The notes beneath the pieces were generated by a model. The model did no database searches. It was not told the origin of the DNA and saw only the letters and a list, made by a program, of their open reading frames with translations. 64,000 nt of DNA from Elusimicrobiota bacterium. Lineage in GTDB: Bacteria > Elusimicrobiota > Endomicrobiia > Endomicrobiales > JBDRNC01. Within the stretch, counting starts at the first letter, position 1; every line of letters begins with the position of its first letter. Positions 27,451-37,458 of the stretch are shown in pieces. The stretch is taken from assembly GCA_043811535.1 (NCBI GenBank), contig JBDRNC010000008.1:32001-96000 (forward strand), read 5' to 3'. The position numbers and the translations under genes were made by a program.

Positions 27451-28749
27451 ATGAAAACATTCGTACTGGACACAAACGTTCTGCTGCATGATCCTGAAGC
27501 GATGTTTTCGTTTGCTGACAACCGCGTAGTTATCCCTATGATGGTCATTGAAGAACTTGACGGTTTTAAGCGGGTTAACGATGAACGGGGGAGAAGCGCC
27601 CGTCTCATATCGCGCAGGCTCGACGGTCTGCGTTCCAAGGGAAAGATATCGGAAGGCGTGCCGCTGAAAACCGGCGGAACGTTGAAAATTGAGCTCAGCC
27701 ATGAAGTAGAACTGCCCAAAGACCTTATCATTTCCAAACCGGACCACAATATACTCAGCATCGCCGTTTATTTCCAGAAAAAGGGCGATAAAGTATTACT
27801 GATAACCAAAGACATCAACCTGCGGATTAAGGCCGAAGCGATCGGCATAGACGCCCAGGATTACGAAAAGGAGAAAGTAAAATTTGAAGAGTTGTACAGC
27901 GGCTGGCGGGAAACAAAGGTTTCTTCCGACCAGATAGACGCGTATTACAAAAAAGGGAAATTGCAGGTAAACGAGAACTTCTTCCCTAACGAGGGCGTAA
28001 TCCTGAAGGACGAGAGCGGGACCTCAAAAAGCGCTCTCGCAAAATACAGCAACAAGGACCGCGCGCTGATACCGCTATTTCATCAGAACGCCATTCCGTG
28101 GGGATTAAAACCGATTAACATAGAACAGCGCTTCGCCATAGAGCTGCTGCTCTGCAACGACGTAAATCTCGTGACGCTCATAGGCGTCCCCGGGGCCGGA
28201 AAAACCCTGCTTGCGCTCGCGTGCGGACTCCACAAAACAATAGAAGAAAAACAGTTCAGGCGGCTTTTCGTCGCGCGCCCGATAATGCCGATGGGCCGGG
28301 ACATAGGATACCTCCCGGGCACAAAAGAGGAAAAACTGACGTCGTGGATGGGCGCCATCTACGATAATCTGGAGTTCCTTATTGACAGGAACCACATAGA
28401 CGAAAAAACGGAAGATAAGATACAGTATTTCTTTGAGACCGGAAAAATAGAGATAGAATCGCTTACGTTCATAAGGGGACGCTCTCTTCCGAACCAGTAC
28501 ATGATAATTGACGACGCGCAGAACCTGTCGCCGCATGAAGTCAAGACTATCATATCCCGCGCCGGCGAGGGGACCAAAATAGTGCTGACCGGCGACCCGT
28601 TCCAGATAGACAATCCTTACCTGGACGCTTCTTCAAACGGGCTGACCTATATCGTCGAAAGGTTCAAGGGGCAGGATATATTCGGCCATTTGAGCTTCAC
28701 GAAAAGCGAGCGCAGCAGGCTTGCCGCTCTTGCTTCTGAACTACTCTGA
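27451..28749 (+). CDS. PhoH2 family protein (PIN domain + PhoH ATPase)
   Basis: FVLDTNVLLHDP, EELD, TKDINLRIKA, G.PGAGKT, IGYLPG, RGRSL, TGDP.QID. Confidence 0.93.
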   Translation: MKTFVLDTNVLLHDPEAMFSFADNRVVIPMMVIEELDGFKRVNDERGRSARLISRRLDGLRSKGKISEGVPLKTGGTLKIELSHEVELPKDLIISKPDHNILSIAVYFQKKGDKVLLITKDINLRIKAEAIGIDAQDYEKEKVKFEELYSGWRETKVSSDQIDAYYKKGKLQVNENFFPNEGVILKDESGTSKSALAKYSNKDRALIPLFHQNAIPWGLKPINIEQRFAIELLLCNDVNLVTLIGVPGAGKTLLALACGLHKTIEEKQFRRLFVARPIMPMGRDIGYLPGTKEEKLTSWMGAIYDNLEFLIDRNHIDEKTEDKIQYFFETGKIEIESLTFIRGRSLPNQYMIIDDAQNLSPHEVKTIISRAGEGTKIVLTGDPFQIDNPYLDASSNGLTYIVERFKGQDIFGHLSFTKSERSRLAALASELL

Positions 28750-28751
28750 CC

Positions 28752-29627
28752 ATGACAAAGCTTTACGCCGACCTTCACGTTCACACGAATTTTTCTGACG
28801 GAGGATTTTCGCCGGAGGAGGCGGTGCGCCACGCTAAAAAACTCGGCTTTTCCGCCATAAGCATAACCGACCATGATTCCACGGAAGGCGTGCCGGCCGC
28901 TCTGAAAGAAGGCAAGATACAGGGAGTTGAAGTTGTTCCCGGAGTGGAACTTTCAACGGAAATGAAAACTACCGGGGAAAGCGAGATGCACATCCTCGGT
29001 TACTTTATCAACTGGGAGAACGCGCAGTTCCAGGAAAGACTGGCAATGTTTCGGAAGTTCAGGCAGGACAGGGGGAAGAAAATAATAGACAAACTGCTCA
29101 AACTGGGATTGAAGTTCGACGAGATACGGCTTTACGAAGCAACCGGGCAGGGCAATATCGGCCGGCTGCATTTCGCGAAAGCGCTGGTTGAACAGGGTTT
29201 TGTGAAAGATATAAGCGGCGCTTTTGAGAAATACCTGGGATTCGGCAAACCCGCCTACGTGCCCAAATGGCAGTTGAGGCCGGAAGAAGCCATCAGCATG
29301 ATACTCAAGATCGGAGGCATTCCGGTCCTCGCTCACCCTCATTACGGCAATTACGCCAATAAAAACGTGCTAAAAAGCCTCGTTAGCAGCGGCCTTCAGG
29401 GACTTGAGGTCTGGCACAGCAACCACCCGCAGTGGGTGGTTCAGAAATACGAGGAAACGGCGCAGGAATTCGGCCTTATAGCCACGGGCGGCTCGGACTG
29501 CCACGGACAATTCGGAAAGCAGCCGCCCGCGATGGGCAAGGTTAAAATTCCTTATGAAGTTGTGAAGAAACTGAAACTATTGAAACAAAAAATAGAAGAT
29601 GACAATCTAAAGATATTGAAGGCGTAA
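28752..29627 (+). CDS. PHP-domain metal-dependent phosphoesterase (YciV/TrpH-like)
   Basis: DLHVHTNFSDG, ITDHD, GVELS, HILGY, GR.H.A, LAHP, TGGSDCHG. Confidence 0.92.
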   Translation: MTKLYADLHVHTNFSDGGFSPEEAVRHAKKLGFSAISITDHDSTEGVPAALKEGKIQGVEVVPGVELSTEMKTTGESEMHILGYFINWENAQFQERLAMFRKFRQDRGKKIIDKLLKLGLKFDEIRLYEATGQGNIGRLHFAKALVEQGFVKDISGAFEKYLGFGKPAYVPKWQLRPEEAISMILKIGGIPVLAHPHYGNYANKNVLKSLVSSGLQGLEVWHSNHPQWVVQKYEETAQEFGLIATGGSDCHGQFGKQPPAMGKVKIPYEVVKKLKLLKQKIEDDNLKILKA

Positions 29628-29639
29628 AAGGGTCCATAA

Positions 29640-29719
29640 GTAGGCGGCACTTAAGTGCCGCAACCTGTTTTAGATATTCATATCATTAATTTGGCTAAGG
29701 GACTTAAGTCCCTTTCTAC
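29640..29719. repeat. REPIN-like pair of GTAG/CTAC-bounded palindromes
   Basis: GTAGGCGGCACTTAAGTGCCGC at 29640-29661 and AAGGGACTTAAGTCCCTTTCTAC at 29697-29719. Confidence 0.7.
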
Positions 29720-29739
29720 TATAACGATATGCTAAAAAA

Positions 29740-29773
29740 TGTCATTCCTGTCCGCCGCGGCGGAGGGATGACA
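29740..29773. repeat. TGTCATTCC..GGGATGACA hairpin with central CCGCCGCGGCGG
   Basis: Direct reading. Confidence 0.75.
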
Positions 29774-29786
29774 AATGAGGAATCAT

Positions 29787-30662
29787 ATGAAAACATTATT
29801 TTTAATTCTCGAAAGCTTCCGGCCGCGCCAGTGGACGAAAAACCTGATAATTTTCGCCGGCATACTTTTCTCGCAGAACATCACGGATCTGCGGATGCTT
29901 GCAGTCACCGCCGCCGCGTTCCTTGTATTCTGCCTCCTTTCGGGAGCCGTTTATACGATTAACGACATTGTTGACGCCGAAGAGGACAAAAAACACCCGT
30001 TAAAATCAAAAAGGCCGGTTGCTTCGGGCAGGCTGAACAAAAACGCGGCGCTCGCAATATCCCTGATGATCGCGGCGGCGTCACTGACAGCGTCTTTTTT
30101 CTTCGGGCCGGTTTTTCTTTTGATATCGGCGGGATACCTTCTGCTTCAGCTCGCTTATTCGTTCTATCTCAAGCAGCTTGTCATAATTGATGTCTTCGCG
30201 ATAGCCCTGGGCTTCGTGCTGCGCGTCGTGGCCGGAGCGGTGGCGATAGACGTAGAGATCTCGTCATGGTTCGTGATCTGCACGATACTGCTATCGCTTT
30301 TCCTCGGATTCTCCAAGCGGCGCCACGAGCTTGAAACGCTTGAAGACAACGCGAAAAAACACAGGAAGGTATTGAACGATTACAGCCAATATCTGCTTGA
30401 CCAGATGATATCGGTGGTTACGGCGTCCACCGTCATAGCGTACGCGCTCTACACGATAGCCCCGGAAACAGTAGAGAAATTCGGCACTAACAACCTTATC
30501 TTTACAGTTCCGTTCGTGCTTTACGGGATATTTCGCTATCTCTACCTCGTCCACCAGAAAGGCGAGGGGGGGAGCCCCGAAAACATTCTTGTATCGGATG
30601 TTCCTCTGATAATCGACATTCTCCTCTGGGCCGCGACCGCCGCCGCCATACTCTATTTTTAA
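29787..30662 (+). CDS. UbiA-family decaprenyl-phosphate phosphoribosyltransferase-like protein
   Basis: RPRQWTKN, Y.INDIVD...D..HP.K..RP.ASG, YS..LK, KRRHE, YGIFRY. Confidence 0.9.
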   Translation: MKTLFLILESFRPRQWTKNLIIFAGILFSQNITDLRMLAVTAAAFLVFCLLSGAVYTINDIVDAEEDKKHPLKSKRPVASGRLNKNAALAISLMIAAASLTASFFFGPVFLLISAGYLLLQLAYSFYLKQLVIIDVFAIALGFVLRVVAGAVAIDVEISSWFVICTILLSLFLGFSKRRHELETLEDNAKKHRKVLNDYSQYLLDQMISVVTASTVIAYALYTIAPETVEKFGTNNLIFTVPFVLYGIFRYLYLVHQKGEGGSPENILVSDVPLIIDILLWAATAAAILYF

Positions 30663-30806
30663 CATCCATCCTCCCCTTTGATAATAGGGGGAAGCACAGT
30701 GTGCTTCCCCACTGGGATGTTCGTAGATGGGGGTGCCGGAGGAACGAGGTGGGGATGAAAAACTGTTAAAACCCCACCCTAACCCTCCCCTACAAGCGGG
30801 GAGGGA
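30661..30806. repeat. Composite CCTCCCC/GGGGAGG palindromic element, copy 2
   Basis: 97-bp near-identity to 23862-23958, then CCCTCCCC..GGGGAGGG hairpin. Confidence 0.9.
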
Positions 30807-30831
30807 ATAAAGGAAAAGGAAAGGATTTCAC

Positions 30832-31872
30832 ATGTCACGTTATTTAATCACCGGCGGAGCAGGATTTCTCGGAATAAACCTTACACGCTATTTATTGGCG
30901 AAAGGGCACCAGGTTACATCGCTTGATATGGCTGATTTTGATTATCCGGATTGCAAGGATAGAATTAAGGAAATAAAGGGCGATATCTGCGACAGAAGCG
31001 CTGTTGACAGGGCGATGGAAGGCGCGGAGATCGTTGTCCATACCGCGGCGGCCCTGCCTCTTTACAAAAAGAAAGTCATTTTTTCCACCGAAGTTGACGG
31101 CACTAAAACCGTAATCGATTCCGCCTTCGCCCATAAAGTACAGCGCTTCGTCCACGTGTCATCCACCGCCGTTTACGGCATACCTGACCACCATCCCCTG
31201 CTTGAAACCGATAAACTGGACGGCGTTGGGCCATACGGCCAGGCGAAGATAATGGCTGAAGAGGTTTGCCTGGAATACAGGAAAAAGGGGATGTGCGTGC
31301 CTGTCATACGCCCGAAATCATTCATAGGGCCGGAACGTCTGGGGGTTTTCGCTCTGTTTTACGATTGGGCGAAAGACGGCAGGGGCTTCCCCATGATAGG
31401 CAGCGGGAACAACCGTTACCAGCTTCTTGACGTAGAAGACCTGTGCGATGCCATCTACATCACTGCAACCGGCGACAGGAATAAGGTCAATGACACGTTC
31501 AATATAGGCGCCAGAGTTTTTGCTACTATGAAAGAGGATTACCAGGCGGTGCTTGATTACGCCGGTTTCGGCAAGAAAATTAAGGGATTCCCGGCGTGGC
31601 CGATGATATGGACGCTGAGGATTTTGGAAGTTTTCAAACTTTCGCCGCTGTATAAATGGGTGTATGAAACGGCGTCCAAGGATTCGTTCGTATCAATAGA
31701 AAAAGCCGAGAAGGTACTCGGCTTTAATCCGAAATATTCCAACAAGGACGCGCTCGTGCGCAACTATAAATGGTATCTTGACAACCTGCCCAAGTTTGAG
31801 AACGCGAGCGGCATCTCCCACAGGGTGCCGTGGAAGCAGGGGATTCTCAGATTCGCGAAGGTGTTTTTCTGA
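30832..31872 (+). CDS. NAD-dependent epimerase/dehydratase (extended SDR)
   Basis: ITGGAGFLG, HTAA, SSTAVYG, YGQAK. Confidence 0.9.
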   Translation: MSRYLITGGAGFLGINLTRYLLAKGHQVTSLDMADFDYPDCKDRIKEIKGDICDRSAVDRAMEGAEIVVHTAAALPLYKKKVIFSTEVDGTKTVIDSAFAHKVQRFVHVSSTAVYGIPDHHPLLETDKLDGVGPYGQAKIMAEEVCLEYRKKGMCVPVIRPKSFIGPERLGVFALFYDWAKDGRGFPMIGSGNNRYQLLDVEDLCDAIYITATGDRNKVNDTFNIGARVFATMKEDYQAVLDYAGFGKKIKGFPAWPMIWTLRILEVFKLSPLYKWVYETASKDSFVSIEKAEKVLGFNPKYSNKDALVRNYKWYLDNLPKFENASGISHRVPWKQGILRFAKVFF

Positions 31873-32000
31873 AAAACATTATTATAGGCTCTCCGCCAGG
31901 AGAGCTTTAATAATTCATACCGACGAGTGTTGAATAATATTTTCTCATGGAAAATTATTCAACGGTCTACGAGCCGGTATAGCTAGCAGCAACAGACGTG

Positions 32001-32069
32001 TCCCCTCTTTATCAAAGAGGGGAAAGGGGAGATTTCCAAAATCCCCCTGTACCCCCCTTTAATAAGGGG
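32001..32069. repeat. Two purine/pyrimidine-tract hairpins (TCCCCTCTTT..AAAGAGGGGA; AAAATCCCCCTGTACCCCCCTTT..AAGGGG)
   Basis: Second part matches 24707-24742. Confidence 0.7.
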
Positions 32070-32188
32070 CAAGTGATTTCGGTTCTGAATCAATCCCGCT
32101 TTGAGATAAAGAGACTTCTTGAATATCTAATTGGTTTATGATAGCATATTTTATAAGTATCGCGTAAATTTATCCTAAACGGAGCGGA

Positions 32189-34546
32189 ATGATGAACGTT
32201 TATATAGGCACATTCCTGATTGCACTTGCAACACTCTCCTTTGAAGTGACCCTCATCCGCCTTCTAAGTGTTGTAACCTGGTACCACCTGAGTTTTTTCG
32301 CGGTCTCGACCGCCATGCTCGGTATGACGGCTGGAGCAACTACAGTATTCCTAAAACCCGAATGGTTTTCAGATGAAAAGTTGGATAATACAATCTCAAA
32401 GTCCTGTTTAGGTTTTGCCCTCTCCATACCGGGTTCCCTAATCATCCTATGTCTTATAGCACTCAACGTTGAAAAAACTATAATGTCGTTCTTTGCCCTT
32501 CTCGTAGATACTTTTGCCTGTATGCTTCCGTTCTACTTCTCCGGTATTGCATTATCAGCGATACTGACAAAATATAAACTGCCAATTGGAAAATTGTACG
32601 CGAGCGATCTTGCGGGCGCGTCGCTGGGATGCCTTTTTGTTCTCTGGGGGCTTGATATATTCGATGCCCCCAGCCTGATCATTTTGTGCGGGGCCATCGC
32701 CATACTAGCCGCATTGTCTTTTATCTGGAACCGTGTCGGAGTTAAAAAACTGCATTATGTCATCCTATCCATTTCATTCGTTGCCATATCGATAATCAAT
32801 TCCAGCACCTACTATGCAATCCGCCCGTTTTTCGTGAAGGAAAAAACCGAAAAAGTCGATCAGTTCTATCTGGAGAAATGGAATTCGTTCTCGAGGGTAG
32901 TCGTTTACAAGCGCGCGAACGAATCGCCACAGTATTGGGGACCAAGCTCAAAGGCACCGAAGAATATATTAATACCGCAGCATCGAATGAACATAGACGG
33001 CGAGGCTGGAACTGTTTTGAGAAGATTCTCGTCCATGTCAGACATAGAGCATTTAAGGTATGATATACCAAATGTCGTATATTTTCTAAGGCCTCCCGGA
33101 AAAGTATGCGTGATCGGCGCCGGAGGCGGAAGAGACATACAGAGCGCACTGCTATTCAAGAATATAGACGTTACAGGGGTGGATATAAACCCTATCTTTA
33201 TCAATCTGCTTAAAGGCAGTCTCGGGGAATTTGCAGGGATTGCCAAAAATAAAAGTGTTTCGCTTATTACGGATGAGGCGAGAAGCTATCTTTCAAGGAC
33301 AAAAGAGAAATACTCCATAATCCAGATGTCCCTTATAGACACTTGGGCCGCAACAGGCGCGGGAGCATTTTCTCTTTCCGAAAACTCTCTCTATACCGTA
33401 GAAGCGTGGAAGATCTTCACGGCACGGCTGTCTGATGATGGCATTTTTACGGTTTCAAGATGGCACAATCCCGAAAATCTCGGGGAGACCGGACGCGTGG
33501 TCAGCCTTGCAGTCGCATCGCTGCTTGAATCGGGAGTTACCGATTACAGAAAACACATTGCAATGCTCACAAATAAATCTGTATCAACGCTTCTCTTGAG
33601 CAGGAATCCTTTCGGCCGGAAAGACATCCAGAAAATAATAAACGTCGCAGACACCTATGGTTATGATAAGACCATAATACCCGGGGAAAAACCAAAAAAC
33701 GAAGTTCTTGCAAAAATCTTATCCTCGCGTTCAAAAACTGAACTTGCAATCGCTATAGCTGACGAACCACTCAATTATACGCCTACAACCGACGAAAACC
33801 CCTATTTCTTCAACATGCTTAAGCTAGATCATATAGGATATGTGCTTAGCACCGGCAGGGGAATACTGAAAGGTAATCTTTTGGCAAACCTTACTTTGGC
33901 CGGCCTTGTGCTTTCGCTTTTTGTTTTAGCGATCCTGACAATAGTGCTGCCTCTTAAATTTAAGACAGGTAAGAAAGACCCGGTGCTCTGGCAAGCTGCA
34001 GTTTATTTCTCTTTGATAGGCGCAGGTTTCATGTTCACAGAAATAGCTCTTATTCAGAAAATGTCAGTCTTTCTTGGACATCCTACATATGCACTTGGGA
34101 TATTGCTATTTACTATTATCGCCAGCTCCGGATGCGGGAGTTATTTAAGCGAGAAAATTCCATTAACCACATCTCCATGGATGTTCATATACCCGGTGAC
34201 AACGGCTTTAGCGATTCTAGCTATAAGGTTCATTCTCCCTGTCCTGATGTCTGAAATGGTTTCTTCTTCCATGATCAACAAAATATTCGCTTCAGTTATA
34301 ATAATCTTCCCGCTGGGAATGCTGATGGGTGTATGTTTCCCTACAGGGATGCGCTTCGTCCGTCTTAGTAAATTTGCGGAAACTCCGTGGTATTGGGCGC
34401 TCAACGGTATATTCGGAGTATTATGCTCAGCACTAACTGTTTTCATTTCCATATATCTTGGTATTTCGGTTAGCTTCTACTTAGCTGTTGTCTGCTATCT
34501 ATTACTGCTTCCATGTCTGCCTGCAATGCATACTTGGCAAAAATAA
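32189..34546 (+). CDS. Membrane protein with central spermidine-synthase-like SAM-binding domain
   Basis: TM blocks at both ends; LYASDLAGA, VIGAGGGRDI, VDINP, DEARSY, YTVEA, TDENPYFF. Confidence 0.8.
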   Translation: MMNVYIGTFLIALATLSFEVTLIRLLSVVTWYHLSFFAVSTAMLGMTAGATTVFLKPEWFSDEKLDNTISKSCLGFALSIPGSLIILCLIALNVEKTIMSFFALLVDTFACMLPFYFSGIALSAILTKYKLPIGKLYASDLAGASLGCLFVLWGLDIFDAPSLIILCGAIAILAALSFIWNRVGVKKLHYVILSISFVAISIINSSTYYAIRPFFVKEKTEKVDQFYLEKWNSFSRVVVYKRANESPQYWGPSSKAPKNILIPQHRMNIDGEAGTVLRRFSSMSDIEHLRYDIPNVVYFLRPPGKVCVIGAGGGRDIQSALLFKNIDVTGVDINPIFINLLKGSLGEFAGIAKNKSVSLITDEARSYLSRTKEKYSIIQMSLIDTWAATGAGAFSLSENSLYTVEAWKIFTARLSDDGIFTVSRWHNPENLGETGRVVSLAVASLLESGVTDYRKHIAMLTNKSVSTLLLSRNPFGRKDIQKIINVADTYGYDKTIIPGEKPKNEVLAKILSSRSKTELAIAIADEPLNYTPTTDENPYFFNMLKLDHIGYVLSTGRGILKGNLLANLTLAGLVLSLFVLAILTIVLPLKFKTGKKDPVLWQAAVYFSLIGAGFMFTEIALIQKMSVFLGHPTYALGILLFTIIASSGCGSYLSEKIPLTTSPWMFIYPVTTALAILAIRFILPVLMSEMVSSSMINKIFASVIIIFPLGMLMGVCFPTGMRFVRLSKFAETPWYWALNGIFGVLCSALTVFISIYLGISVSFYLAVVCYLLLLPCLPAMHTWQK

Positions 34547-34683
34547 ATGTATTGCCCCATGAGAAATATGAGCTAGCAGAATGCTCAATTTTGGTTATTT
34601 TGACCTAGTTCTGGATATTATCAGATATACTTTGAACAGACTATTCACTTTAGGGGTTCAGGAACTTTCCGTTGTGCGCTCTT

Positions 34684-36177
34684 CTAGAAGTACTTTTCGG
34701 AAAAGTAATCGGTCTTTGTGGGAAGCCAGGGGGGGATATTGTAGTAGTTTTCCTTGATGCCTTTTAAAACCGTATCTTTGTAAGCGTCGTACTTGAAGCC
34801 GTAGCCGAGAATGATGTAAAAGACCGCCTTGCGCGCTTCGAACTGTTTTATTTCAACCTTCCTGAAATACGGCTTGTAATTACCCATCTCGGGCGGGGAT
34901 TTCCTTAGTATTAGTATGTTTCCGCCCTTCAACTGCCTGAAATCCGTTATCATGTCGTCCTGCCTGCCGTGGTGCGATCCGCCCCCGAAAACAAAGAAAT
35001 ATTTGCCGTAATAGTACGAGATGACCGCGGACTCGGCGTAGCTTTCCGTACAAAGCGCGAAATCCTTCTCGTAAGGTTTTACCTCGGACACAACGCTGCC
35101 CGGCGACATGCCCATCACTATCATGTTGTAGTTTTTGTTGTTTTTCATGTATTCAAGCGGTATAGAAAGCAGTCCGCCTATCAGGAAGAGATGGGCGAAC
35201 GAGAAAAACAGCATGAACCTGATGCTCTTGAGGAGCTGCTCTTCGGTAAGCAGGAAGAACGCCGGTATGTAGAGAAAGGGATAAAAAGCCAGCACCCAGT
35301 GGAGCCCGATGGTTTTCTTGAAAGACAGCAGGAAAAACACGAGAAGCGGGACTACAAACGAGAACGCGAATATCTGATATCCAAAGGAATGCGAGACCTT
35401 CATGAACAGCTCTCTTCTCTTCTTGTAAGCGTAATACAGGAGCGGCGGTGTTATAAGATAGGCCTGCGAGACAAGATAGAGGAGCATTTTCCCGAAAGAA
35501 AATGTTTCCTGCTTGTTCCTGTTAAACAGGTTGAAAAGCAGGTTTGCCCAGCTGTGGGTGTAGTTCCAATAGATATTGACCAGCGCGAACGGTATTACGG
35601 AAAGGAAAAGAACGGCAAAACCGGTTGTCTTTTTCCTGTCCTTGGGCGTGCATATGAAGTACGCAAGATATGCCAACCCCAGCAGAACCGCGAAATACTT
35701 GGACAAAAATGCCAGCCCCAGCGTTATCCCGGAAAAAAGGTACAGGAGATAATTCTCCTTTTCAACGGCCAAAAACAGAAGGACCGCCGAAAGAAAAGCG
35801 AAAAAAATGACGGGCGTGTCGGTAGAAACCGGGATATAGAGCAGGTTTATCGGCGATATCAGGAATAGAATGCCTATGAGATAGGCCTTGACCGGTTCGG
35901 CTCTCCTTATAATCAGGTATATCCCGATGCCTATCAATATCGTTGACAGGATGGCAGGCAGTCTCAATACGAATTCCGAACTGCCGAAGAACAGGACAAA
36001 TCTAAGAACCCACGCTATCATGGGCGGGTGGTCATAGTAGCCGAAGTCAAGATTTTGGGCCCATATGACAAAATAGGCCTCGTCGCTTATCAGCGGGATT
36101 GCCGCCGCGAGCATGGCTTTTATGATGAAGGTGATCCCCACGCAGTACCAGAACGCCTTTTTTATCTGATTATCCAT
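34684..36177 (-). CDS. ArnT/PMT-like GT-C glycosyltransferase
   Basis: DEAYFVIW...LDFGYYDHPPMIAW, DTP, LSKY. Confidence 0.88.
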   Translation of the reverse strand: MDNQIKKAFWYCVGITFIIKAMLAAAIPLISDEAYFVIWAQNLDFGYYDHPPMIAWVLRFVLFFGSSEFVLRLPAILSTILIGIGIYLIIRRAEPVKAYLIGILFLISPINLLYIPVSTDTPVIFFAFLSAVLLFLAVEKENYLLYLFSGITLGLAFLSKYFAVLLGLAYLAYFICTPKDRKKTTGFAVLFLSVIPFALVNIYWNYTHSWANLLFNLFNRNKQETFSFGKMLLYLVSQAYLITPPLLYYAYKKRRELFMKVSHSFGYQIFAFSFVVPLLVFFLLSFKKTIGLHWVLAFYPFLYIPAFFLLTEEQLLKSIRFMLFFSFAHLFLIGGLLSIPLEYMKNNKNYNMIVMGMSPGSVVSEVKPYEKDFALCTESYAESAVISYYYGKYFFVFGGGSHHGRQDDMITDFRQLKGGNILILRKSPPEMGNYKPYFRKVEIKQFEARKAVFYIILGYGFKYDAYKDTVLKGIKENYYNIPPWLPTKTDYFSEKYF

Positions 36178-36235
36178 TTTGTTTCCGTTTGAATTGTCAC
36201 GATAAAATACTAATAATAACCGGTTTTGTCAAGAA

Positions 36236-37423
36236 CTAAAAATAGTACCTTACGGACGAAAAATAAATGCCGGAGTATTCGCCGAACTCCGAAAGCGTCT
36301 CGCCGCCGAAACCCTCGAAGGCCCCGAGCGAGAAGTAAAAGTTTTCATGAAAATTGTATTCGAGATTCGGCGCCGCGAGCACGGAACCGTCGGTCATGTT
36401 TATTATGTTCAGCATGCCAAGATTCACCAAAGGCGTAAACTGATAGACGAACCCCGGCATTATATAGTGCCTGCCTGTCAGATACGCCGCGCCTTCTGTA
36501 TAAGCCGTCTTTAACAGGACCGAAGAATAATCTTCCGTCTTTTCCGCGCCGGCCCCGTTAAAATGGTATTCCGCGTAGCCGTAGAACCTTCCTCCGAAAC
36601 TATAATCGCAACCGGTTGTAAATCTCAGGTACTCATCCGCGGGGTCCCTCGCGCAATCGTCAAAATAGCGGGGGACGGCGTAAGCCGCTTCGATCCAGGC
36701 GCCGGCTCCGCCTATCGAACCCGCCAGATCGGCGCCGACGAGCAGGTTTTTCCTGAAATCCGCGAGCATCGCCGTGACATCGACGCCGCAAATGTACATT
36801 TTGTCGCGCGCGAAAAAGCTGTTCTCCGAAGGGAGCATATCCCTGCCGAAAACGCAGCCCGCGTCCAGTTCGCTCATGGCGCCGGAAGTATATCTGATCC
36901 TCAAAGCGTCCACGCCCGTGCGTTCTTCCTTGTCCAGCTCGTCAAACCTGAAGGGGATGAAGACATCGGTCGGATTAACCGCTTTGGCGCTGCCCCACGC
37001 CACGGCCTGCCTGCCGAAATATACGTCCGCGGCGCCGGCTTTATACTTGACGAACAGCCTGTCAAGGTTCTGATAAACCGCGAAATCTTTCGAATTTCCC
37101 GCGAAAGGGGAGTTTATGTCCGAAATCCTGTAGTTGTACGGCTGCGCCCGGGAGGAAACAATGGAGGAGTCGCTTATCAAAGGCGTGATGCTGTACGCGG
37201 CGCCGAATGACACCGGGCCCGGGTCTCCGGCTTCGAACTTGATCCTGAAACGGTTGCTCAGGGACATAACCGATTCCTGCGATGATCCGGAAAGCAAAGG
37301 TCCTGTAAGGAAAATCTTGTTATAGCCGCCGACCGACACCGCTTCCCCGACCGGGCACAGAGCCGGAAACAAAAGAAAAACCGGAATAATAACTGATCTT
37401 AACAGGATTCGATGTAAATTCAT
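36236..37423 (-). CDS. Predicted outer-membrane beta-barrel protein
   Basis: Signal peptide, LDRLFV, GRQAVAWG...NPTD, GVDALR, C-terminal YYF; typical partner of LolA-like/FtsX ABC operons. Confidence 0.7.
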   Translation of the reverse strand: MNLHRILLRSVIIPVFLLFPALCPVGEAVSVGGYNKIFLTGPLLSGSSQESVMSLSNRFRIKFEAGDPGPVSFGAAYSITPLISDSSIVSSRAQPYNYRISDINSPFAGNSKDFAVYQNLDRLFVKYKAGAADVYFGRQAVAWGSAKAVNPTDVFIPFRFDELDKEERTGVDALRIRYTSGAMSELDAGCVFGRDMLPSENSFFARDKMYICGVDVTAMLADFRKNLLVGADLAGSIGGAGAWIEAAYAVPRYFDDCARDPADEYLRFTTGCDYSFGGRFYGYAEYHFNGAGAEKTEDYSSVLLKTAYTEGAAYLTGRHYIMPGFVYQFTPLVNLGMLNIINMTDGSVLAAPNLEYNFHENFYFSLGAFEGFGGETLSEFGEYSGIYFSSVRYYF

Positions 37424-37458
37424 ATTTTTGCAGTAGAAAAAGGATTTTTTAGCGAACC

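Noticed and set aside
27348..27761. Minus-strand 137-aa ORF ending EDYTDKNYDYTDY
   Set aside because: Antisense to phoH2; its repetitive tail is just the translated right array
27451..28749. GxxExxY plus PIN-PhoH as a toxin-antitoxin or defence pair
   Set aside because: PhoH2 is a widespread housekeeping-type gene with its own RBS; adjacency is explained more simply by cassette insertion, and nothing here links them functionally
29729..29962. 77-aa alternative-frame ORF
   Set aside because: Begins inside a palindromic element and overlaps the well-supported UbiA gene out of frame
34969..35868. 299-aa plus-strand ORF
   Set aside because: Antisense shadow of the ArnT-like gene with no recognisable motifs; the same applies to 36563-37210, 39243-39959, 42452-43207, 43433-44104 and 52335-53015
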